From Heterodontus francisci (Eukaryota): DNA of 64,000 bases. Shown here one piece after another: positions 23,901-38,000 of the stretch. The position numbers were made by a program, and so were the translations under genes. The stretch spans positions 115,940,644-116,004,643 of the forward strand of contig NC_090381.1 of assembly GCF_036365525.1 (NCBI RefSeq), given 5' to 3'. Positions within the stretch are counted from its first letter, which is position 1. Every line of letters begins with the position of its first letter. A model generated the notes under the pieces. It did not search any database. It was not told the origin of the DNA and was given only the letters and a program-made list of their open reading frames with translations.

Positions 23901-26900
23901 TTTGCAATTCCAGAGTTCCAATTTTCATTTGAAAGTGAACATTTCTGTTTTAATAAAGTTCGCCTTCCATCAGTGAGTTAGATATAACGATAATGGAGTT
24001 GCTAATTAATAATAACAATCGATCTCTATCAATTGCAGTCTACAGCAGACGCAGACATGACCGATGGGGAAAAATACTTACTGGCGGGAAGATTTTGAGA
24101 ATCACATGTTCGAAGTCTCCAGTCCCCTCAGTCATGCTACACTTATCACATGAGATGTCGCAAATTACTTCATATATTGTACCTCAAAACGTTAACAACT
24201 GAAAGAATTCGCTCTAATGTGTCTTTGAATCAATGCCAACAGCTTCCACCATATCCATAGGGGACCAAATCCATACATGGACAAAAGAGCTGAACTCAAG
24301 AGGTGAGGTGAGAGTGACTGCCCTTGACATCAAGGCAGTATTTGGCCGAGTATGGCATCAAGGAGCCCTAGCAAAACTGGAGTCAATGGGAATGAGAGGG
24401 AAAACTCTCTGCTGGTTGGAGTCATATCTAACGCAAAGGAAGGTGGCTGTGGTTGTTGGAGGTCAATCATCTGAGCTCCAGGACATCAGGGCAGGAGTTC
24501 CACAGGGTAGTGTCCTAGGCCCAACCATCTTCAGCTGCTTCATCAATGACCTTCCTTCAATCATAATGTCAGAAGTTGGGATGTTCGCTGATGATTTCAC
24601 AATGTTCAGCACCATTCGCGACTCCTCAAATACTGAAGCAGTCCGTGTAGAAATGCAGCAAGATCTGGACAATATCCAGGCTTGGACTGATAAGTGACAA
24701 GTAACATTTGCGCCACACAAGTGCCAGCCAATGACCATGTCCAACAAGAGAGAATCTAACTATCTCCCCTTGACATTCAACAGCATTACCATCGCTGAAT
24801 CACCCACTATCCGACATCCTAGGGGCGACCGTTGACCAGAAACTGAACTGGAGTAGCTATATAAATACCAAGGCTACAAGAGCAGGTCAGAGGCTTGCGC
24901 CGAGTAACTCACTTCCTGACTCCCCAAAGCCTGTCCACCATCTACAAGGCACAAGTCAGAAGTGTGATGGAATACTCTCCACTTGCCTGGATGGGTGCAG
25001 CTCCAACAACACTCGAGAAGCTCGACACCATCCAGAACAAAGCAGCCCACTTGATTGGCACACCATGCACGACCATTCACTCCCTCCACCACTGATGCAC
25101 AGTGGCAGCAGTGTGTACCATCTGCAAGATACACTGCAGCAATGTACCAAGGCTCCTGAGACAGCACCTTCCAAACCCGCGACCTCTACCACCTCGAAGG
25201 ACAAGAGCAGCAGATGCATTGGACAATCACCAACTGTAGGTTCCCGTCCAAGTCACACACCATCCTGACTTGGAACTATATCGCCATTCCTTCACTTGTC
25301 GCTGGGTCAAAATCCTGGAACTCCCTTCCTAAAAGCACTGTGGGTGTACCTACCTCACATGGACTGCAGAGGTTCAAAAAGTCAACTCACCACCACCTTC
25401 TCAAGGGCAATTGGGGATGGGCAATAAATGCTGGCCTAGCCAGTGATACCCACATCCCATGAATGAATAAAACAAATTGAACAGAAGCTTGCAGATGTTT
25501 TCCAGATTAGTTTTGAATTTATCAACCGCCCCCCCCCCCACGACCATTCTCCCATCCCCCGTCACCCCCCATCACCACCAACACCCACTGACCAACCACC
25601 ACACACCCCCCCCCCTCCCCCACCCTGCCCCCCACCTCGCTCTCTTCTTGCGAAGGCCATGTCCTCTCGTTCTACTACTGAAATTCCTCTGCAAGTCCTA
25701 AACATCACATATTCAAAAGTATTCCCAAAAGCAGTTACTGAACAGCAGAATTGCTCGGGTCCCTGCCTGTAGGAACCTTATGTAATGTCATCAATAGTAA
25801 TTGTTCAAATCAACGCGGTTGCGGCATGATTTAAGACAGAGGCTTGAGTCACCCCTCCTGGTCTTTGGTATATTGGGCATGGCCTTACTTTCTTTTTCAG
25901 CCCTGTTCCATGCCAAATTATTTCACTTTCATCCAACGCGAGTTCTTCTCCTGCCGGCAACGCTGCATCATAATAACCAACTTTAACAAACTCAACCGAC
26001 CCATCAGGGCGCTTCTGCCAGTTTATCAGATCATAGGAAGCGATGGGATCTCCGTCCTGATCAAAACTTATTTCCTCTCCAAACTGGTTGGTGAAACGCA
26101 CTTTCCTCAGGTACTGTAAAAGCTTCAGAAAAGGGAAAACAATTATATCTTTTGCCACTTTGAGTATATTTCATATTGTCTGCGAGGAGGTCATGCCTCA
26201 CAAGCCTTATTGAATTCTTTGAAGATGTGACAAAACACATTGATGAAGGAAGAGCAGTGGTTGTGGTGTATATGGAATTTAGCAAGGCGTTTGATAAGGT
26301 TCCCCGTGGTAGGCTCATTCAGAAAGTAAGGAGGCATGGGATTCAGGGAAAGTTGGCTGGCTGGATACAAAATTGGCTGGCCCATAGAAGTCAGAGGGTG
26401 ATAGTAGATGGAAAGTATTCAGCATGGAGCTCGGTGACCAGTGGTGTTCCACAAGGATCTGTTCTGGGACCTCTGCTCTTTGTGATTTTTATAAATGACT
26501 TGGATGAGGAAGTGGAAGGCTGAGTTAGCAAGTTGGCCGATGACACAAAGGTTGCTGGAGTTGTGGATAGTGTGGAAGGCTGTTGTAGGTTGCAACGGGA
26601 CATTGACAGGATGCAGAACTGGGCTGAGAAGTGGCAGATGGAGTTCAACCTGGAAAAGTGTGAAGTGATTCATTTTGCAAGGTCGAATGTGAATGGAGAA
26701 TACAGGCTTAAAGACAGGATTCTTGGCAGTGTGGAGGAACAGAGGGATCTTGGGGTCCATGTCCATAGATCGCTCAAAGTTGCCACAAAAGTTGATAGGG
26801 TTGTTAGGAAGGCGTATGGTGTGTTGGCTTTCATTAACAGGGGGATTGAGTTTAAGAGCCGCGAGGTTATGCTGCAGCTCTATAAGGCCCTGGTTCGACC

Positions 26901-29900
26901 ACACTTGGAATATTGTGTTCAGTTCTGGTCGCCTCATTATAGGAAGGATGTGGAAGCTTTAGAAAGGGTGCAGAGGAGATTTACCAGGATGCTGCCTGGA
27001 CTGGAGGGCATGTCCTACGAAGAAAGATTGAGGGAGCTAGGGCTTTTCTCATTGGAGCGAAGAAGGATGAGAGGTGACTTGATAGAGGGGTACAAGATGA
27101 TGAGAGGCATAGATAGAGTGGATAGCCAGAGACTTTTTCCCAGGGTGGAAAGGACTATCACCAGGGGGCATAATTTTAAGGTGATTGGAGGAAGGTTTCG
27201 GGGAGATGTCAGAGGTAGGTTCTGTACACAGTAAGTGGTGGGTGCGTGGAATGCGCTGCCAGCGGTGGTAGTAGAAGCAGATACATTAGGGGCATTTAAG
27301 CGACTCTTGGATAGGTACATGGATGATAGTAGAATGAAGGGTAGGTAGTTAGTTTGATCTTAGAGTAGGTTAATAGGTTCGGCACAACATCGTGGGCCGA
27401 AGGGCCTGTACTGTGCTGTACTGTTCTATGTTCTAGGTTCTATGTACCTATACTAAGACATTGGAACCGGACCCCTGCAATATTATGTGTACTCTTGCCG
27501 GCGTGTCGAGAGAAAAACAAATTATTTTGTTTATGGGATAAATAGTAGCTTGAGACATTTCCTCACCTGCTGGGGTTGAATGTTTGACTTTTGACCACAT
27601 GTTTTGTTGCTAAATGGACCTTTCCCATTTTCACACGATTGTAAATTATGAAGGGCGTGTGCTCCAGCGTATACAGCTTTGTACACGTTGTAGGAAACTC
27701 TTAACTGGGACACCTCGGTATATGTAGACTCAATGGTCTCCAGGCTCTCTAAACCTGTGCATGGTCTATAAGGAAACGCTGATATGTTTTCTCCTGGTAT
27801 CTGATTTGAGATTTTTACGCTACAGCCGAAGACCTCCCGCCAGAGTTCTTCCACAAACGGATCGTCTGCTGCTGTGGAAGGGTGGAGTTTGACTAGAAAC
27901 TCTCTCAGTCCTGGAATTTCCGCTCTCCTGATTCCAAACCCGATTGTGCCTGACAATATTTCCAGAGTTTCCACTGACCACATTTGGAATGATGTGACCC
28001 AGGCTTCACTCGCGATCAGCTGGATGTCAGTAATGTTCTGCATTCTGAATTCTGTTATCAAAGACATCGTGTCACTCTCTCCACAGAATATTATGATCAC
28101 TTTTGCAGAGGATTTTTTCATGGTCTTTGCAATCTGTCGCATTCTTTCTCTTGTACGACCAGGTGAAAGGAATTCAATGTAGGCGATGCAAATTTCAAAC
28201 TTCGCAATTTCTTCAATTAAAGACCTCATCCCGAATCGGCCATAATCGTTGTCTTCAGCCACAGCGCCGATCCAAGTCCATTCAAAGTAGCGGATAAGCC
28301 GGACTAAAGCTTTCATCTGAACTGTATCAGTGGGAATTGTCCTGAAAAACGTTGGGAACTCACGCTTATCGCTGAGGCATGCGCATGAAGAGAAATAGCT
28401 GACCTATGGGGAAAGGAGAATAAACTGAGACATTTAGAATCATGGAATGATCGTATCATGCAAAACAAAAAACACAATATGCCCATTGTATCTGTGTTGG
28501 CTCTTTAGCCAATTGGTCTCACAGCCTTTTCCCCATAGCCCAGTACTTTTTTCCCCTTTTCAGCTATTTATCCAATACCCTTTTGAAAGTTACTACTGAA
28601 TCTGCTTCCACCGCTATTTTAGGCAGCACATTCCAATTTATAACAAATCAAGATCAAGCTTTCTCTTCATCTCCCATCTGCTTCTTTTGACAATTACCTT
28701 GCATCTTTGCGCTCTGCTTTTCCAGCCCCACTGCTCATGGAAACAGTTCAAAGTAACAGTACACACCTACTTTAACTCGCCCTTGTAAGCGTTTGCTGCA
28801 TATGAATTGACATATCTTACCATACCAATGCCGAAAGGGGCCACGACTCTCGACACGACGATAGATTGCGATGACCCACCATCTCCCACAATCATGGACA
28901 CTGATGGAACTCCTGCACACGTGTAATTTGAAACGCTTCCGTCTTTCTCCTTCAGTAATTTGAAAGCTCCTTTCAGCCCTTCAGAAGGCGCGTCACAGCT
29001 GTCGAAAATCTTATAACCCAGAGTTATGTTAGGAAGCAATTCTGGGTTCCTGTTTATTTCTTCTATTGCAAACACCATGGTTTGGGCCCAACGCAGCCCG
29101 CGTTGGCTGAACCTGTCACACACATGCAATTACTCTTATTTCCAGACAGTGTCATTCCTTCCATTCTTTGCAACATTCAGAAAAACTTGAAAAATTTACT
29201 TTTTCATTAGAACAATGAAAATTACAGGACAATATAATAGAAGTTTTTAAAATGAAAGGAAATGGAACGGGGTAGACAGCAGCAGTTTCCAGTCGTTGGG
29301 GCGTCTCGAATGATGGCCCACAGATGCAAGATTTAAAATAAGAAATTTAGAACAAAGGGAAGAAATTTCGTCAACCGGAGTGTTGTGAAGCTATGGCTTT
29401 CACTTCCAGAATTAGGTAGATAAAAGAAAAAGAGATATGGGAAGCGGAAGGCTAAATGTCATTAGAATTATTTGCTGCATTGGAGGCTAAATGTCGGCAT
29501 GGATTGGTTCACTCCGCGTTACTCACTTGTTATAACTGGCATTTTAACTGCCAAGAGAGGGCTGTGCATATCACCGAAAAAGACTTCTCAGGGCATCTGC
29601 GAGGAAGAAGGTGTCACACCGCTTTCGATTTGCTTATGGTCCCGTTGACATACACCATCGTACTTGGCCTCAGCACCAAACCGCAGTTCATTCTAACGAT
29701 TTTTGGAAGAAAGTTCATCGACCTGAAACGATAACTCTGTTCCTCTCTCCGTAGATGCTACCTGACCTGCTGGCTGTTTCCAACAGGTTTTTTTTGTTGT
29801 TGTTTTTATTACAGTCGGTTAGGAGAAGGTCTTTCATAAGGTCACAATTTCGGGAAAAATTCCAATACCATTTCTGCAAATAGGCGTTTGTATTGTTGGA

Positions 29901-31498
29901 AACAGGCGCAAAGTAACTGGATTATTGTTCATCATGGTGCTGTACCTATATCTTTTGCTGAAATAGGAAATTGTCTGGACAAATGAGATGCTTTTCTCGG
30001 TGTGTAAAATTTATACTTTGACATTTTTTCTCCACTATTTTCGATAATATTACACTGACCTCTGCTGGGTTTATACATTGAGGCCATTTGGTAGCAGTCC
30101 ATCACAAAACATCACCTGCTTGTTTGCAACAATACAAACTCCTTTTTGCAGAAATTATGTGAGATTTTCTTCCTGAAATTGTGACTTTTTAGATCATCTC
30201 CTAACCGAACTATAATAGACTGTAATAAAAATAAAACCTGCTGGAAATCCATTCCTGGAGTCTTCTCATTTTACCATCTCGCAGACTAATGAATGACTTC
30301 ACTCTCTTGACCCCAACTACCCATTGGGGTAATCAAGCTGATGAATACCCTTGTATAACGAAATGTTTTCTGGCGTCTACTCCAACCTTACATTTCGAAA
30401 CCATCAATCTCTGTCTTCCCGTCCTGCTGCCGTTACAGCTGGCGTTTCGCGGTATTAAACCTATTCGACTGATCTCCAGACCTGTTTTCTGTTATTGCAC
30501 AAACAATCACAGGATCTTGCACAAAATCAAGCTATCCGGCCCATCATGCCTGTGCGAGCCCTTTCAAATACCTATCCAAATAATCCCACCCCACCATAGC
30601 CCTGCAAATGTCCGCTGTTCAAATATCTGGATCCAATTCACTCTAGAAAGTTATTGTTGAATCTGTTTTCCGCAGCGGATTGCAGATCAAAAAAACACGC
30701 TGCGGAAAACAATTCGCCTCACATCCCCGGTCCTTTTGCCAATTATGTTAAAGTTGTGCACTCTGCTTACCGAACCACCCTCCGATGGAAACAGTTTAAA
30801 ATAATTGCATCAGGTACCCTCTACCTCGTCTAAGTATGTGTTTATCGCAATCAATTGACACATTTTACCATACCAATGCAAAAAGGGGCCACCACTCTGG
30901 AGGCTGAGATAGATTGCGAGGATCCACTATCTCCCACATATCATGCATATCTATTTCCATTTAATTTATCAACAGCCCTCATGATGTTACGTACCACTCT
31001 CAAATCTCGCCTTCGCCTTCTCTGCCCTCGGGCGACCACCCTAATTACTTTGGTGTCATGGCATTACCCACTCAATAAATAAATGAGTCAAGAAAGGAAG
31101 CCGCGGGGAAGGGAACAAAGAGGGAGAGAGCATGAAAGCACAGAAGAAAATAAACGAAAAGACAACAACCAACCAAAGAATAAAGAAGAACTTGTGATAT
31201 TGACAATAAATGATGTTTAGGATAGGCTCCATCCCAGACCCGAGTATTTTCAAATAGAAATATCAATGATGATTGTCACTCACTCCACACAGCGCACCGG
31301 TTGCGGTTTTGATCGGAATGAGTTATAATCCGGCGCTGCTCTTAAATGCATTGGGAATAAACCACCCAGGATAACGTCCCCATCCTGAAATATTCCAGGG
31401 TTGAATTTTTCCCGAAGTTTGCATGTCGGATCGACTGCGGATGCCAGCATCTGGATTGGGATCAGTAACAAAACGTTCCAAGTGGAACCAAGTGGCAT
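20016..31498 (-). CDS. V2R/OlfC-family class C GPCR, copy B (complete, 869 aa)
   Basis: join(complement) 31284..31498, 28821..29112, 27567..28403, 25889..26122, 21092..21215, 20016..20923 = 2610 nt. Venus flytrap, Cys-rich domain and 7TM ([37 protein letters not shown]). No stops or frameshifts seen. Confidence 0.95.
21092..21215 (-). CDS. V2R copy B exon 5
   Basis: 124 nt, Cys-rich. Confidence 0.93.
22735..23876. mobile_element. Inverted pair of Penelope-like 3' fragments (arms 22735..23296 minus, 23301..23876 plus)
   Basis: The two ~560-nt arms are reverse complements with their 5'-truncated ends adjacent. Inverted pLTR arrangements are known for Penelope. Confidence 0.88.
23738..23774 (+). 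ncRNA. Minimal hammerhead motif, U4C core variant (also minus strand 2038..2074, 22797..22833, 44805..44841)
   Basis: AGTT-CCGAAGA-A-GGGTC-act-GACCC-GAAAC-GTT-AACT; stem II covaries (A-T to G-C) with the 60.3-kb copy. Confidence 0.65.
24265..25472 (+). mobile_element. Same intron-4 LINE in copy B, with longer 5' part
   Basis: [15 protein letters not shown]...[10 protein letters not shown]...FADD. Confidence 0.9.
25889..26122 (-). CDS. V2R copy B exon 4
   Basis: 234 nt, AG/GT flanks. Confidence 0.88.
26191..27445 (+). mobile_element. CR1 LINE, copy B
   Basis: Same element; stops at 26521 and 27232, FADD changed to LADD. Confidence 0.95.
27567..28403 (-). CDS. V2R copy B exon 3
   Basis: 837 nt, AG/GT flanks. 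Confidence 0.93.
28821..29112 (-). CDS. V2R copy B exon 2
   Basis: 292 nt, AG/GT flanks. Confidence 0.92.
31284..31498 (-). CDS. V2R copy B exon 1
   Basis: As copy A, offset 21889; retains PVRCVE. Confidence 0.9.
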
Positions 31499-34400
31499 CA
31501 GGAAAACCGAAAGATTTTCTCAGAAGTCACTAGAAAGAATTGCTTGAATCTGCGCTTCAGCGCTTTGGTGCAAGCGGCCCGCTGCAGGGCAGTATTAAAC
31601 CCTCACAACCCAGTCCCAAGAGGTTCGCTCATTCTTTTTGTTATCAGAAAGGCTCAGATCCTGTTTTCCAACTCTCGGGGCGTTTGTGCACCTGACAGTT
31701 TCGTTAGATTAAACGTGGATACCGCAGAACCATATTAGGAAGACATTCTATTCTCTGTGGAGTGAGGCGTTCAGTCGAGGAAAAGTCAGATCGTTAGTGT
31801 CAATGCATCTATTCAGAAGTCTATCCGTGTCTATTCGCGGGGAACCCGTATTTGATGCTTAAGCTCATTTCACAAATACTGAGAGAGAGAGTGACAAGAT
31901 GAAGATACTTTTAAAGGTTTCAATGGCATCTCTTGATGCCACTTAAAGCTAAATGATTCGTAGAGAGGTAAAAATATATCTGTAGCGGCCCTTCCATAAA
32001 GAGCACATCCAGATTATTTGCCTTGTATTTGAACTGATTTCTTTCCCATTCTGACTATGGTAACACTGTTGTTATTGCTGAGCAGCACTGAGGAGCTTGC
32101 TCAGGTCGCTCGCTATTTCTTGCAGATTATAAAACGCGGGTGAAAAGTCATTAACCTGAAACGTTAACACTGTTGTTCTCTCCACACCTGCTGCCAGGCC
32201 TTTAGTTTTATAGTTTAGAGATACAGCACTGAAACAGGCCCTTCGGCTCACCGAGTCTGTCCCGACCATCAACCTCCCATTTATACTAATCCTACACTAA
32301 TTCCATATTCCTACCACATCCCCACCTGTCCCTATATTTCCCTACCACCTAATTATACTAGGGGCAATTTATAATGGCCAATTTACCTATCAACCTGCAA
32401 GTCTTTGGCATGTGGGAGAAAACCGGAGCGCCCGGAGGAAACCCACGCAGACACAGGGAGAACTTGCAAACTCCACACAGGCAGTACCTAGAATTGAACC
32501 AGGGTCGCTGGAGCTGTGAGGCTGCGGTGCTAACCACTGCCTGAGTGTTTCCAGTATTTTCTCTGTTAAGTACAATTTGAGAAGATCCCTTTGCCGTTTA
32601 AGCATATATAGGGACCAGACCAAATTATTGTGAACACACTTATAGCGACCACAGCAAATCACGCTGCAATCATAGAATCAAAGAATTATTACAGTACAGA
32701 AGGAGGCCATTCGGCCCACCGTGTCTGCTCTGGCTCTCCGAAAGAGCAATTTACCTAATGCGGTGTTGAAATTATAACCAGCTATGCAACGCATCAACAA
32801 TACGAATAAAAGAACATTCTTGGGAGAGAAACATTTGATTAATGATTTCCAGGCGAAACGTTTCCAAATTTCCCAGGGTGGAAAGGGCTATCACCAGGGG
32901 GCATAATTTTAAGGTGATTGGAGGAAGGTTTCGGGGAGATGTCAGAGGTAGGTTCTTTACACAGAGAGTGGTGGGTGCGTGGAATGCGCTGCCAGCGGTG
33001 GTAGTAGAAGCAGATACATTAGGGACATTTAAGCGACTCTTGGATAGGTACATGGATGATAGTAGAATGAAGGGTAGGTCGTTAGTTTGATCTTAGAGTA
33101 GGTTATAGGTTCTGTACAACATCGTGGGCCGAAGGGCCTGTACTGTGCTGTACTGTTCTATGTTCTATGTTCTAAATTTCTCTCGGAAAGAAAACCAAGG
33201 AACAGAATGGAATTGTTCACCCCTGCGTACAGAACGCACGGAACTGTACAAACATCTTCTGATTTACACTAGCACAGGCCTGGTAATACCTTATTGCAAA
33301 CAGTATTCTTTTCGGCTTTGAAATTAGATCCGGAAATTCTAAGTACCCGAAGTGTTCTAAGGCCAATAGTCATCCCTGAGCCAACATCACCAAAACTGAT
33401 AACTTGAGCATTTAATTCATGCGACCAAAACCCGATGTGTGTTTGCATAAACAGCAGCGATGCCTGCACTTCAAAACGGAATCATTTCAAAGTGAAGGAT
33501 TTAGGGAGCACCCCTTGACAAGAAAGGAGCTCTATCAATAGAAGTTCTTAAGTATTTTGAGAAGAATCAAATTCGAAAGGAATGAAGGAAGAACGACATA
33601 AATTAACTGACAAATGTAAACAAGTTTCCAACATATAGCAACAGATAATTCAAATGGGAATAAGAATTACACAAGAATTACAGGAATAGTGAAAAAACTC
33701 CAAGACTTTACAAAAACACGAAGTGCAAGAAAATTCCAGCGATCAGCTGATATTGCTGAACATAACATCTCTCCTTTTATTGCAACAACCTCCAGACTTG
33801 GTTACAGCAATGCTTTCCTTGCTGGTGCACTGATGTCTATTTTTCGTAAATTCCACTTTAACAAATATTGTGCCATCCCATCTCATCCTGTATCCCCTTG
33901 TACTCATCAATCTCCGTTTTCTCCCCAGCCCATTCGCATGCATTGTAAATTTTTTCCCTCATGTCCAAGGTCGTCCATGGCCTTGACCTCCTAATCACAG
34001 TAACCTCTTTTTGTTTTTTGATGTGCGTTCTCCAGCCAACCACCTCGAGCCCACTTTGCACTCTTCCCCTCTGCTTCACCTTCAGCAGAAAGCATCAGCT
34101 GTCTGGGCCCCACATTCTGGAACACTGCCCAAAATCTTTTCACCTTCCCAGTTCACTCTCCTTCATAACCTTCCTTTCAACCTATCTTTTTCATCATGCC
34201 TTCAATGAGAACCCAATTCTCATACCATCGCTTAATGTCTGGTTATGTTCATGTGAAGTGCTTTAGAATATTTATTGCATTACAATTCTTCTTGTAATGC
34301 CTAGACGCTTGGCTGAGTAAGATGGCTTGTAACATAAAGCAGCGAAGCAAATCTGGTAGCAAGCTTTCGGGACAGTGGATGTCAACAGTGAAAAATCCCC

Positions 34401-34977
34401 GTGAAGCTCCACAGGACCAAAAATAAACAAATTTAGAGCTAGATATTCGACTTCACTGACTGAATCTTAATCATGCCCTTTATAGAATCAGCAAAAGTTC
34501 CATTCCACACTGAAAGATTGAGAGAGGACTGATTGAAATCATAAGAACGTAGGAACAGGGCTATACCAATCGCTCCTTTGAGCCTGTTCCGCCATTCTTG
34601 GATGATCTACACCTTAACTCCATCGACCCGCCTAGGTTCTAGAAGCTGCAATACCCCTGCCTAACAAAATTCTATCAGTATAAGCTGTGAAATTTTCAGT
34701 TGACCTAACCTCACCATCTTTTTAGGGGATAGGGTTCCAGATCTCCACGACCCTTAGCATTTTGACATCACCCCTCAACTGTCTGCCTCTAATTTTAAAG
34801 TTAATCCCCCCCACCCCACCCCGCCCCCCGCTTCATTTTCAAACCATAGGAAACAGTTCTTCTCTACCTACCCTATCAACCCCATTAATGATCATAATGA
34901 CTTCAGTTATATCAGCCCTAAATCTTCAATATTCAGTACGATACAACGCCAATCTATGAAACCTCTCACACAACTTA

Positions 34978-35081
34978 AATAAAAGCAAAATACTGCGGAT
35001 GCTGGAAATCTGAAACAAAAACAAGAAATGCTGGATTCACTCAGCAGGTCTGGCAGCATCTGTGGAAAGAGAAGCAGAGTT
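34978..35081 (-). mobile_element. 104-nt Penelope terminal fragment private to copy B, with ~20-nt imperfect target duplication
   Basis: Empty site in A at 13068..13087. Flanks are tgaaacctctcacacaactta (34957..34977) and tgaaacctctcctcaactta (35082..35101). Confidence 0.88.
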
Positions 35082-38000
35082 TGAAACCTCTCCTCAACTT
35101 ATCATTTTAATCGATGCAAAGGGTAACTATTTAAACCCCTATATTTCTAATATGTATAATGACTTTGATAGCAAAACAACATAAAATGATGTGAATGGTA
35201 ATGTTATCAAAAAAGGTAAGGCATCATAGGTTATGATAATGGACTAGTACTCCAGAACCTTTGTTCAATAATCTGGGTAATTTGTGTTCAAATCAAGCCA
35301 TAGTAATTTGATCTGAAATATTTTTTTAAACTGCAAATAAATGCTAGTATCAGTAAAGACTGACCCTCAACCTGACAGATTATCATAAAAATCCAACTGG
35401 TTCAGTAGTGTCCTTTCAGAAAGAGATTCTGACATCCTTGCATGGTCTAGCCTAGATGTGACTCCTATACGGCACCAATTTGGTTGACTTTTAACTGCCC
35501 TCTCAAGAAGCCTAGCAAGCCACTGAGATGCATCAGACTGCTACCAAGAGTGCAAAAAGAAGGTCCAGCATGACAATCGCAGGGTGCCAAAGAATGGGCA
35601 ATAAATGCTGGTGTTGTCAGTGATAACTATATCTACATCCTGAGAAGGAATGGGGGGTGGGGTAGGGGGTGGGGGGGGGAGGGGGGGGTCTCAATACCTG
35701 ATCAGCATAATATCGGACCAATATTGTTTTATTGCAAAAGTTCAGCATTACAATACAATTTGATTGTAATTTCAAAGCATTATTTTAATGTTTTGCGCCG
35801 TGCTGGTATTCACAATTTATTCAACCATTCATGGGGTACAATATTACATCATTAGAAGTTAGAATGAATCACTGTTCTGAACTCCACTGCCATTGTTCTA
35901 CAATATATGATGTACATTTATTAATAAAACATGATCCTGTCCCCTTTTTGATTAATTTCAACCTCATCAGCCTATATGCTAATCGCATCCCTCAAACCCT
36001 TCTAATTCCACAGAAATATCTGCTTGCCAGCTGGACCTATTTATACTTGCTGCTCCACTGTACTTCTGGTAACTTGTTCATTAAGTTCATTATCCATTGA
36101 TTCAAAAGTTGGGCATGACTTTCTTTCTTACACTTAACTTCTTAATATTTAAATTATATTGGTACGGGTATGCTAATGTCGTCATTATGCTACTGAATTA
36201 ATAATCCACATAATATATGTTCAAATATGTTCAGTTTTGAGTATTGAGCTCAATATATATAAATGTCATCTAGGAATAAAACCTGGCACCGGGGGAAGTG
36301 ATTGCGAAGTTGTTGGATTGCCGATACTGGTTCACGAATGTTCATTAGGAAAGGAACTCTGCATTTGTACACCTTTGATAGCCACCGGATGTCAAAAACG
36401 CTTTACAGCCAATGAAGTACTTTTGAAGTGTAGTCACTGTTGCAAGATAGGGAAACGCAGCAGCTAATTTGCAGACAGCAAGTGACCATAAACAGCAATG
36501 GGATAAAGGTCAACTAATCTTTTTTTTAGTGGAGTTGGTTGAGGCTATTAGCAAGGAAAGCAGGAGAACGCTCCTGTTCTTCTTCCAATAGTGTGATCTG
36601 GTCCTCATTGCTCACCAGTGTGGGCAGATAGGATCTAGGTTTCCACCTGCGTCCCAAAATTCTTCCAGTCGATATGTCATTGCCATCGAACCATGTTTCA
36701 GGATTGATTTTTTGATTTTTGATTTAGAGATACAGCACTGAAACAGGCCCTTCGGCCCACCGAGTCTGTGCCGACCATTAACCACCCATTTATACTAATC
36801 CTACACTAATCCCATATTCCTACCACATCCTCACCTGTCTCTATATTCCCCTACCACCTACCTATACTAGTGACAATTTATAATGGCCAATTTACCTATC
36901 AACCTGCAAGTCTTTTGGCTGTAGGAGGAAACCGGAGCACCCGGAGGAAACCCACGCAGACACAGGGAGAACTTGCAAACGCCACACAGGCAGTAAGCGT
37001 ATTATTTTTCAGTGAATGCGTTTGAGAAGTAAAAGTTGGTCAGCAAAACAGTTATTGAACAATGGGAGATCTTCAAACAGGAGATGGGCTCGGGTACAAG
37101 AAGGCACATTGCCATGAAAGGGAAAGGAAGACCATCTGAAGCTATAACTCCCTGGATAACTAAAGAAATAGAGGTTACATAAACAGTGTTTGAGCAGCAA
37201 TTTACAAAGTACAGTTGAGTTACATTATATCGGTGTTCCTTGGGGTTGAAGCCGTGCCGTTCTGTTCCACGTTCCTTCTTCAGTTCGTCTCGTTCACTCG
37301 TCAAGTGGTCTTTGTTGAATTCTACCCTAAGAGTGGTTTAAAGTCCCCAGTTATACATCACAAACAGGAACTTACAGCAGAACTCGTCCAATCGCCCAAG
37401 CTACCCAATCATATTGATGATATGTGCAGGCACAGACGATGCTTGGGCCCTCATCCTTTTTTTCAGTTGAATCACAAGCTTCTATTGGCTCTGGGTTAAT
37501 GGACCACCCTGCAGATCTTGAAACTAAAGGCTTTCCTGGCTGTAATTAAGATGCAAAGCTTTGTCCCCGTCACCATTTTAATTAGAGGAATTAAAGTAAC
37601 CGCAGCCCACCAAAGTTAATAGATTAAATGTAGTCTGCCAAGGACCAGCACTATAAACTGATCCAAGTGGTTGTAGATTGGGCAAAGAAATAAACAGCAT
37701 ACTCGTTAGACTGGGAGAGCCTATTATCAACGGTAACAGTTTAAAATTCCTGGATCCACTGTTCCAGGCCAGGCTGCAATTTTTAATTCTTTCGGATGGG
37801 TTTCCACAAATGCAATTTAAATCCATAGTTCCTTACAACAGACAATGTATATTCTGGGAGTGCTCACATAAACTGGGATAAACTGGGGTCTTAATGTCAT
37901 CCTAAGTGAGCAGAAACGACAAACTGACCTTTCTGATGGCGGGGAGGAGCTGAGCAGCATTTTCCGCTGTACCTTTAAGCTTGAAATGCTTGGAAACACT

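Noticed and set aside
20016-31498. Calling the gene CASR, GPRC6A or TAS1R
   Set aside because: Short C-tail, [12 protein letters not shown] and ANNSELSF motifs, 292/124-nt exons and tandem clustering fit V2R/OlfC. No specific ortholog symbol can be supported.
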